NCBI GenBank assembly: GCA_042216675.1
Contig: JBDGTS010000051.1
Location: forward strand, 1 to 23,999
Source: Halobacteriaceae archaeon
GTDB taxonomy: Archaea > Halobacteriota > Halobacteria > Halobacteriales > Halobacteriaceae
DNA: 23,999 bases
Direction: 5' to 3'
The position numbers and the translations under genes are program-made. The notes under the pieces are model-generated. The model was not told where the DNA came from, searched no databases, and was given only the letters and a program-made list of their open reading frames with translations. Shown in pieces: positions 9,525 to 16,907 of the stretch. Position 1 is the stretch's first letter. The number at the start of each line of letters is the position of its first letter.

Positions 9525-9890
9525 TCAGGCCGAGGTGGGCGCCATCTGGTCCCGGATGATGGACAGCAGTTTCGCGGTGCCGAAGATGCCGTAGCCGAAC
9601 AGCGCGAGTGCGCCCCAGAGGATGCTGAAGACGCCCATGAAGGCGGACACGACGGGGTGCAGCGTCCCGACTGTGGCGTCAGGATTCTGCGGATGCGGGT
9701 GTCTGACGGCGAGCGGTTCGACGACCGGTCGCCAGAGGTCGATGAGCGCTTTCGGAACGGGCGAGACGAGCAGACGCCACGCCTCGCTCATGAACAGCCC
9801 GAGCAGCGCGAGGGCGATGCTGAACCCGATCAGACTCGCGAGTATCGGATGTTCGAACCGCGACGCGACGATGGATGATAGGTAAGCCAT
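9525..9890 (-). CDS. Small two-TM membrane protein (121 aa), last gene of the ABC operon
   Basis: Begins 24 nt after the ATPase stop on the same strand, with SD-like GAGGA upstream and two hydrophobic segments. Confidence 0.78.
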   Translation of the reverse strand: MAYLSSIVASRFEHPILASLIGFSIALALLGLFMSEAWRLLVSPVPKALIDLWRPVVEPLAVRHPHPQNPDATVGTLHPVVSAFMGVFSILWGALALFGYGIFGTAKLLSIIRDQMAPTSA

Positions 9891-9914
9891 GGATGGATTC
9901 CTCGTTCAGTGTTG

Positions 9915-11087
9915 TTATTCGGGGATATCGTGCTCTTCGCCGTGGAGCCATTCGCTCTCCCAGTACTCGTGGTCGGGCAGCTCACGGTAACAGGCCGCCG
10001 CGTGCCCGTCGCCGTCCGTGGCGTACAGTTCCGGCTCTGCCTCCGTACAGGCCTCCGTGGCCTTCGGACACGCCTTGTGGAAGCGACAGCCACTCGGCGG
10101 GTTCGACGGATCCGGCGCCTCGTCGGTCATCATGGGCGACTCCTCCATGACGTCGATTTCGTCGGGGTCCAGCGGGAGCGACGCCCACTTCAGAATCCGC
10201 GTGTAGGGATGTTTCGGGTTGTCGATGACCTCCGCTGCCGGTCCGATCTCCACGATGTTGCCCATGTACATCACGGCGATGCGGCCGTCCGCCTTCTCCG
10301 CGAAGTACCGGGCGTTCGTGAGGTTGTGGGAGATGAACAGGTAGGACGTGTCGACCATATCCTGCAGGTCGAGGAGCAGGTCCATGATGTCGATGCGGAG
10401 CGACACGTCGAGGGCGCTCACTACCTCGTCCGCGAGGATGACGTCGGGTTCGACGAGCATCGCCCGGATGATGGCGATCCGCTGTTTCTCTCCGCCGCTG
10501 AGTTGGTGGGGATACCGGTCGAGGTACTCCTCTGCGGGCGTGATGCCGACGGTCCTGAGCATCGCCGTGAGGCGCTCGTACCGGTCGTTCATGTCCAGTT
10601 CCGGATACCAGAGCTTCAACGGCTCCGAGAGGATGGCGCGAATCGTCCGGTAGGGGTTCAGCGCGGCCGTCGAGTCCTGATGAATGATCTGGAGGGCGCG
10701 CCGCACGTCCTCCCACATCATGTCCTCGTCGCCGTGCGTCCCACTCCGGACGTCCTCGATGTCGTGCCCGCGGTAGCGGACGGTTCCCTCGGTGGGTTCC
10801 TCTAGACCGACCGCGGTGCGGCCGAGCGTCGACTTGCCCGAGCCACTCTCACCGACGAGGACCACGACGTCTTCCTCCTCGATTTCGAGGGAGACGCCGT
10901 CGACTGCCTGTATCGGCGGTTCCGACATCCCGAACCGTTCGGCGAGGGACTTCGGAAGTGCCTGCTGGACCAGCGACTCCTGCTCTTCGAAGTGCACGAC
11001 GATGTCGTCGAGTTCCAGCACCGGCTCGTCGCTCTCGACGCTCGTCGCGACGTCCTCGCTCGACGCCTCGGTGTCGTCGGTGCTCAT
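9915..11087 (-). CDS. dppF: Dpp/Opp-family ABC ATPase (DppF-like)
   Basis: Walker A GESGSGKS, signature YPHQLSGGEKQR, Walker B ILADE, C-terminal HPYT and GCRFHKAC...C...C. Confidence 0.92.
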   Translation of the reverse strand: MSTDDTEASSEDVATSVESDEPVLELDDIVVHFEEQESLVQQALPKSLAERFGMSEPPIQAVDGVSLEIEEEDVVVLVGESGSGKSTLGRTAVGLEEPTEGTVRYRGHDIEDVRSGTHGDEDMMWEDVRRALQIIHQDSTAALNPYRTIRAILSEPLKLWYPELDMNDRYERLTAMLRTVGITPAEEYLDRYPHQLSGGEKQRIAIIRAMLVEPDVILADEVVSALDVSLRIDIMDLLLDLQDMVDTSYLFISHNLTNARYFAEKADGRIAVMYMGNIVEIGPAAEVIDNPKHPYTRILKWASLPLDPDEIDVMEESPMMTDEAPDPSNPPSGCRFHKACPKATEACTEAEPELYATDGDGHAAACYRELPDHEYWESEWLHGEEHDIPE

Positions 11088-12139
11088 TCCTCGTCACCTC
11101 CGAACGAGACGGGGAGCTCGTCTTTCGCGCGGTCCGTGTAGAAACACGCCGCGCGGTGCCCCTCTTCGAGTTCGACCAGCGCCGGCTTCTCCTCCTCACA
11201 CCGGTCGTCGGAGACGGGACAGCGTGGATGGTACGGACAGCCGACCGGAATGTTGACCGGGTCCGGGCTCGACCCCTCGACCGGGTTGATCTGGTCGACG
11301 GACATCGAGAAGTTCGGCGTCGAATTCAGCAACATCCTCGTGTAGGGATGTGCGCCGTCGCGCATCACCTCCCGCGTCTCGCCGATTTCGACGAATTCGA
11401 AGGCGTACATCACCGCCAGTCGGTCGGCGATGCCCGCCACGATGGGGAGGTCGTGCGTGATGAACAGCATCGTGAGGTCGTAGTCCTCTTTCACCCGCTC
11501 CAACAGGCGGAGGATGGTCCGCTGCATGAGCAGGTCCAACGCGGCCGTCGGCTCGTCGAGGACGAGGACTTCGGGCTCGAGGACCAGACTGAGCGCGAGC
11601 AGCGCCCGCTGACGCTGCCCGCCGCTGAGGGTGTGCTGATAGGAGTCCATGATCTTCTCCGGTTCGAGATTGAGGTCCCGGAGAATCTGACGCGCCCGCT
11701 CCATCCCCTCTTCTTCGTCCTCGTTGTGCGCGTCGAGGGTCTCCTCGAAGTGAACGCGGAGGGGCTGTGTGGGGTTGAACGCACTCATCGCGCCCTGGAA
11801 CACGATCGAAATTTCCTCCCACCGGACGCGCCGCAGGTCACCGGCCTCGAGTTGGGGGATGTTGACCGATTCGCCCTCCTCGGGGTGGTAGATGATGTCC
11901 CCGCTCAGCTGGCCGGGGTCCTCGACGGCGTCGAGGATCGTGGACCCGAAGAGGGTCTTTCCGCTCCCACTCTCACCGACGATGCCGAGCGTCTCTCCGC
12001 GCTCGACTGTCAGGCTCACGTCGTTCAGGACCCGTGCGCGACCGCGACTCATCTCGTAGGAGACGGTCGCGTTCTCTACCTCTAGCACCGGATCCGATCT
12101 CTGCTCGTCTGTCTCCGCCCGCGTTTCAGTTTCAGACAT
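11084..12139 (-). CDS. dppD: Dpp/Opp-family ABC ATPase (DppD-like)
   Basis: GESGSGKT, LSGGQRQR, VLDEPTAALD, FITHD, HPYT and GCPYHPRC motifs. Confidence 0.92.
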   Translation of the reverse strand: MSETETRAETDEQRSDPVLEVENATVSYEMSRGRARVLNDVSLTVERGETLGIVGESGSGKTLFGSTILDAVEDPGQLSGDIIYHPEEGESVNIPQLEAGDLRRVRWEEISIVFQGAMSAFNPTQPLRVHFEETLDAHNEDEEEGMERARQILRDLNLEPEKIMDSYQHTLSGGQRQRALLALSLVLEPEVLVLDEPTAALDLLMQRTILRLLERVKEDYDLTMLFITHDLPIVAGIADRLAVMYAFEFVEIGETREVMRDGAHPYTRMLLNSTPNFSMSVDQINPVEGSSPDPVNIPVGCPYHPRCPVSDDRCEEEKPALVELEEGHRAACFYTDRAKDELPVSFGGDEE

Positions 12140-12165
12140 GATTGTGTGTGATAGGTGGATTCAGT

Positions 12166-13206
12166 TCAGAGTTCGCCGCCGACCTGCGACATCGTGTCTC
12201 CGGTCTTCTCCTTGTCCTCTTCGCGCTCGGCGCCCTCGCTCTTCCGTCCGAGATGTTGGGCACGGACGCGGGGGTTGAAGACCTGGTCGAACGCCTGTGC
12301 CAACAGGGTCAGCCCGAACGTCAACAGCGTGAGCGTGACGAGCGGGACCAGCAGCCAGTGAGCCGCGTCGAGGGTCAGCAGGCCGCCCGAGACGCGCGCG
12401 TTGTTGAGCACGACGCCCCAGTTCAGGTGGTTGATCGGCAGGATGCCGAGGAAGTACAGGCCGACGGAGGCCTGCACGATGCCCGTCGCGCCACCCATGA
12501 ACCCGATCATGATGTAGGGGAGTAGCTCGGGGAGGATGCCCTTCAGGAAGACGTTCGAGGTGGGCTGCCCCATCGTCTTCGAGGCTTCCACGTACTCCTT
12601 GTTCCGGAGCGGGAGCACCTGCGAGCGCAGTGCACGTGCGAGGCCCGTCCAGCCCTGCAGGTTCAGGATGATCCCGATCAGGTACGCGTTCTGCGGCTGA
12701 ATCAGGGCCGTCAAGATGAGCAGGAGCGGGAGTCCCGGAATCGAGCCGAACGTGTCGGTGAGCGTCATCAGCGTCTTGTCGAGCACGCCCCCGGAGTAGC
12801 CGGAGACGAGACCGATGGTGACCCCGATGAGGTTCCCGACGATGGACCCCGCGATGATCATCTTGAACATTCGCGGCGTGGAGTGGATCATCAGGCCGAG
12901 CAGGTCCAGCCCGGACTGCTGGGTTCCGAGCGGGTGCCGAAGCGACTGGAACGGACTGAGCATGTACGGCGGGCCGGGGGACGGCTTGGGCCAGACGACG
13001 ACTCCGACCGTCCCCATCAGGATGTAGATGAGGACGATGAAGAGCCCCGTCTTTCCGCGGTAGTCGCTCCAGAGGATCTTCAGCGGTCCGATGATCCAGT
13101 TGTCGATACCGCGCTGGTACACCTCCAGCGGCGTCGATTCGTACTCGGACGTCGCCCGAAGGGGGGAGTCGTCCGCGTCGTCGTCGGTAGGTTCGTCAGT
13201 TGCCAT
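12166..13206 (-). CDS. dppC: Dpp/Opp-family ABC permease (DppC-like)
   Basis: HPLGT, SGYSGG, EAA-loop variant KEYVEASKTMG, and C-terminal FNPR. Confidence 0.9.
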   Translation of the reverse strand: MATDEPTDDDADDSPLRATSEYESTPLEVYQRGIDNWIIGPLKILWSDYRGKTGLFIVLIYILMGTVGVVVWPKPSPGPPYMLSPFQSLRHPLGTQQSGLDLLGLMIHSTPRMFKMIIAGSIVGNLIGVTIGLVSGYSGGVLDKTLMTLTDTFGSIPGLPLLLILTALIQPQNAYLIGIILNLQGWTGLARALRSQVLPLRNKEYVEASKTMGQPTSNVFLKGILPELLPYIMIGFMGGATGIVQASVGLYFLGILPINHLNWGVVLNNARVSGGLLTLDAAHWLLVPLVTLTLLTFGLTLLAQAFDQVFNPRVRAQHLGRKSEGAEREEDKEKTGDTMSQVGGEL

Positions 13207-13212
13207 TCGTAA

Positions 13213-14235
13213 TCACTCCATGCTGGATTGTTCCGCGCGGGGGTCGATCCACGCGTACGTGAAGTCTGCGATCAGCGTCCCGAGCACGAACAGGAACGTC
13301 GTGATGATGAGCGACGCCGTGAGGAGCGGGAAGTCCCGCTGGGCCGTCGCGTTGAACATCACCAGTCCCAGCCCGTTGTAGGCGAAAATCTCCTCGAGGA
13401 TGACCTGTCCGCCGAGGATGCCGCCCAGACCGATGACGATGCCCGTGTACATCGGGAGAATCGCGTTCCGCGCGATATACCGGGTCGAAATCGTGTAGGT
13501 CGAGAGGCCCCGGAGTTGGGCGACTCGGATGTAGTCCGACCCGAGCAATCGTATCGAGTTCGCACGCATAGACAGCGCATTTCCACCGAATCCGGTTATC
13601 AGAATCGACAGGATCGGCATGGCAGCGTGTTGGTAGATGCTGACGATGAAGGTGACGTTGAACCCCTTCTGCACGGTGGCGTCGAAGCGGCCACCGGTGG
13701 GGAACACGCCGTACACGTAGCCGAGGAAGTAGAGGAGGATGATGGCGACCACGTAGTACGGCACCGCACGGTTGAGAATCATGAACATCGTCGTCCCGAC
13801 GTCGAACTTGCCTCCTTCGAAGTACGCCATCAGGGAGCCCAGCAGGATACCCATGACGAGGCTGTACACGAGACCAGTCACGGAGAGGAAAATCGTCCAC
13901 GGCGCCGCCTCCATGATGATCTGGAGAGCCGGTGTGTTCGGGTCGACGATGAGCGACTTCCCGAAGTTGCCCTGTGCCAGCCCTTTCAGGTATTCAATAT
14001 ACTGCTTCCAGAGCGGCGCGTCCGGCGGCATCCGGAGCTGTTGTTCGAGCACCTTCGAGATCTCCTCCAGCGTCGGGTTCCGACCCAGGCCGTACCGTGT
14101 CGGGTTGGCCTGAATCTGTTGCAACAGGTAATCGGCAGGACCGCCCGGCATCATTCTGATAAAGAAGAAGCCAAGCGTAACGATACCGAACATGGTTATA
14201 GCTGCCTGTATCAGCCGATCCCTTAGGTATGACAT
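13213..14235 (-). CDS. dppB: Dpp/Opp-family ABC permease (DppB-like)
   Basis: RMMPGGP, QGNFGKS, DYIRVAQLRGL, RNAILP, EEIFAYNGLG and IDPR motifs. ATG 14235. Confidence 0.9.
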   Translation of the reverse strand: MSYLRDRLIQAAITMFGIVTLGFFFIRMMPGGPADYLLQQIQANPTRYGLGRNPTLEEISKVLEQQLRMPPDAPLWKQYIEYLKGLAQGNFGKSLIVDPNTPALQIIMEAAPWTIFLSVTGLVYSLVMGILLGSLMAYFEGGKFDVGTTMFMILNRAVPYYVVAIILLYFLGYVYGVFPTGGRFDATVQKGFNVTFIVSIYQHAAMPILSILITGFGGNALSMRANSIRLLGSDYIRVAQLRGLSTYTISTRYIARNAILPMYTGIVIGLGGILGGQVILEEIFAYNGLGLVMFNATAQRDFPLLTASLIITTFLFVLGTLIADFTYAWIDPRAEQSSME

Positions 14236-14259
14236 TCCTACGCATGAGAATTGGGGCAA

Positions 14260-14277
14260 TCTATAAAAACGTTTTGA
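14260..14277 (-). promoter_or_regulatory. Putative promoter of the ABC operon
   Basis: Minus strand CAAAACGTTTTTATAG: TTTTTATA about 27 nt upstream of the dppB ATG, overlapped by the perfect palindrome AAAACGTTTT (14266-14275). Confidence 0.6.
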
Positions 14278-14301
14278 ATGGCCGATTCCCGTTTCACGCA
14301 A

Positions 14302-14358
14302 AAAATCGCAAGACGGCGACGGGACGAGTTATTTCTAGCGCCGCCGTCAGAGAATTTT
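14302..14358. repeat. Bipartite inverted repeat
   Basis: AAAAT-N5-GACGGCG-N23-CGCCGTC-N5-ATTTT. Confidence 0.6.
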
Positions 14359-14360
14359 GG

Positions 14361-14389
14361 CCGACAGTAATATATATCTCAACTGTCGG
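14361..14389. repeat. Perfect 8-bp inverted repeat around an AT-rich core (operator or terminator hairpin)
   Basis: CCGACAGT-AATATATATCTCA-ACTGTCGG. It spans the stop codon of the PH-domain gene. Confidence 0.65.
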
Positions 14390-14906
14390 GTCCCCCGGTC
14401 TGAAGGGACTCGACGAGCGACAACGTGGCGTCTTCGTCGGCTTCTAGTGTCACGTCGACGGAGAACGTCATCCGTTCATCGTCGCTGTTCGCGCCCACGA
14501 CGAGGTATCTCCGATACCGTTCGAACTCCACCTCCACGTCGACGACGTCCTCGTAGGGGATTTCCATCAGGTCGTCCGCGACGTGTCCCCCGATGACGAT
14601 GAGAAGCCGACTGTCAGTTGCGACGACCACAGTCTCCAACCCCGGATACTTCCGGGCGACGTTGTCCTCCGCGTCGACTGCAATTACTTCGCCCGCGCGT
14701 AGCATATACTGTGGCTGCTCGTCGTCCTCTAGATACTCCGCCACTGGCAGTTTCGTCCGGTCGTTCGTCCCGGCGAGCGTTTCGGCGCTCACCGTGTCGC
14801 TCGCGGCGTTCTCGACCATCGTCTCGAACGCCGCCGGATCCGGCCCCTCCTCGCGGTCCGCGCTGAGTCCCTCGCCGATGTACGACAGCAGGTCGAGCAG
14901 CCCCAT
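14379..14906 (-). CDS. Acidic bacterial/archaeal PH-domain-like protein
   Basis: AEYLEDDEQPQYML, VVVATDSRLLIV and EIPYEDVVDVEV resemble bPH/YokE-type PH domains. Acidic haloarchaeal composition. Confidence 0.72.
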   Translation of the reverse strand: MGLLDLLSYIGEGLSADREEGPDPAAFETMVENAASDTVSAETLAGTNDRTKLPVAEYLEDDEQPQYMLRAGEVIAVDAEDNVARKYPGLETVVVATDSRLLIVIGGHVADDLMEIPYEDVVDVEVEFERYRRYLVVGANSDDERMTFSVDVTLEADEDATLSLVESLQTGGPDS

Positions 14907-15023
14907 CTCTCCGTGTTACCCACGCCAGCAGTTATCAATGTATCGCCGCGACTCGAACGGCGGTTTCGGGCGCTCGGACGGCTTGCAAATCCTTTTACGT
15001 CGCTCCGACGAATCACGTTCAAC

Positions 15024-16907
15024 ATGACTGCTTCCACCGACGCCGGCGACCACGCGCCGGCCGTCTATCGGCTCGCGCCGGACTGCACCCCGGCGGACGT
15101 CGCCGAGGGCGAGTACTACCACGCGACCGTGAACGGCGTCGTCGACTACGGCGTCTTCGTCGACCTCTCCGAGCACGTCTCGGGGCTGGTCCACGAGTCG
15201 ACGCTCGACTGCGAACTCGGCGTCGGCGACGACGTGGTCGTCGAACTGACCGAGATTCGGGAGGGCGGCGACCTGAGCTTCGAACCGGTCGACCTCGACG
15301 ACTACGAGACCGTCGAGCGCGAACACGAGTACGAGCGTGCGGCCGCGTCCTCGCTCGACGACCGAGTCGGCGACGGGGTTCACCTCGACGGCGAAGTCGT
15401 CCAGATAAAACAGACCGGCGGCCCGACCGTGTTTCAGGTCCGCGACGAGACCGGCGTCGTGCCGTGTACGGCCTTCGAGGCCGCGGGCGTCCGCGCCCAC
15501 CCTGAGGTCGAACTCGGCGACGCGGTTCACGTCGGCGGCACCGTCGAACAGCGAGACGGCGCCGTGCAGGTCGAAGTCGATAGCCTCGACGTGCTGAGCG
15601 GCGATCGCGGCGCGGCCGTCCACGAGCGACTCGACGCCGCCCTCGACGAACAAGCGACGCCCCACGAGATCGACCCGCTCATCGAGTGGCCAGCCCTCTC
15701 GAAGCTGTTTCCGGACCTCGAAGCACTCGCCGAACGCCTCCGCCGCACGGTCCTCGAAGGACGCCCCATCCGCATCCGCCACCACGCCGACGGCGACGGC
15801 ATGTGTGCGAGCGTCCCGGTCCACCTCGCCCTCGAACGCTTCATCGACGAGGTGCATCAGGACCCCGACGCCAAGCGCCATCTCCTCCGCCGCTCCCCGA
15901 GCAAGGCGCCGTACTACGAGATGGAGGACGCCACCCGCGACCTCAACTTCGCGCTCGGTGACCGGGACCGTCACGGACAGAAACTCCCCTTCCTGCTGAT
16001 GCTCGACAACGGGTCCACGGAGGAGGACGTGCCCGCCTACGAGGCGATGGCCCACTACGACGTGCCCATCGCCGTCGTCGATCATCACCACCCGGACCCG
16101 GACGCGATCGGGCCGTTGCTGGACGAACACGTCAACCCCTACCTCCACGGCGAGGACTACAGCATCACGACGGGGATGATGTGCGTCGAACTCGCGCGCA
16201 TGATCGATCCCTCCATCACGGACCAACTCGAACACGTCCCGGCCGCGGCGGGCATCGCTGACCGCTCGGACGCGCCCGCGATGGAGGACTACCTCGAACT
16301 CGCCGCCGACGCGGGATACGACGAGTCGTTCCTGCGCGACGTGAGCGAAGCCCTCGACTACGCGGCCTTCCACCTGCGCTACGACCCCGGCACGGAACTC
16401 GTCGCGGACATCTTGAACGTGGCCGGCGACGAGGAGCGACACCGCGAACTCGTGCCGTTCCTCGCCGACCGGGCACGCGAGGATATCGACCGTCAGTTGG
16501 ATGCATCGATGCCCCACCGCGAGCGTCGCACCGTCGAGAACGGCGCGGAACTCTGCCTCGTCGACCTCGAGGAACACGCCCACCGCTTCACCTACCCGCC
16601 GCCGGGGAAGACGACCGGCGAGATTCACGACCGGGTGGTCGAGGAGACGGGCAGCCCCGTCATCACCATCGGCTACGGTCCCGACTTCGCCGTCCTGCGT
16701 TCCGACGGCGTGCGTCTCGACATTCCCGAGATGGTCGCCGAACTCAACGACGAAATCGAGGGTGGCGGCGTCTACGGCGGCGGCCACCTCGTCGTCGGGT
16801 CCATCAAGTTCGTTCCCGGGATGCGGGAGGCGGTTCTCGACGCTCTCGTGGAGAAGATGGCCGACGCCGAGATCGCGCCCGACCTGCAGGCGGGCGCGCC
16901 TCGCTGA
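15024..16907 (+). CDS. recJ: RecJ-like DHH phosphoesterase with N-terminal S1 and OB folds (RecJ3/HAN type)
   Basis: S1 motif VVDYGVFVDL, OB motif QIKQTGGPTVF, DHH motifs HHADGDG, LDNGS and VVDHHHP, DHHA1 GGGH. ATG 15024 with CTTTTAC TATA-like element near 14992. Confidence 0.9.
   Translation: MTASTDAGDHAPAVYRLAPDCTPADVAEGEYYHATVNGVVDYGVFVDLSEHVSGLVHESTLDCELGVGDDVVVELTEIREGGDLSFEPVDLDDYETVEREHEYERAAASSLDDRVGDGVHLDGEVVQIKQTGGPTVFQVRDETGVVPCTAFEAAGVRAHPEVELGDAVHVGGTVEQRDGAVQVEVDSLDVLSGDRGAAVHERLDAALDEQATPHEIDPLIEWPALSKLFPDLEALAERLRRTVLEGRPIRIRHHADGDGMCASVPVHLALERFIDEVHQDPDAKRHLLRRSPSKAPYYEMEDATRDLNFALGDRDRHGQKLPFLLMLDNGSTEEDVPAYEAMAHYDVPIAVVDHHHPDPDAIGPLLDEHVNPYLHGEDYSITTGMMCVELARMIDPSITDQLEHVPAAAGIADRSDAPAMEDYLELAADAGYDESFLRDVSEALDYAAFHLRYDPGTELVADILNVAGDEERHRELVPFLADRAREDIDRQLDASMPHRERRTVENGAELCLVDLEEHAHRFTYPPPGKTTGEIHDRVVEETGSPVITIGYGPDFAVLRSDGVRLDIPEMVAELNDEIEGGGVYGGGHLVVGSIKFVPGMREAVLDALVEKMADAEIAPDLQAGAPR

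Noticed and set aside
9489-15020. Mobile element or prophage explanation for the accessory block
   Set aside because: No transposase, integrase, terminal inverted repeats or flanking direct repeats were found by eye.
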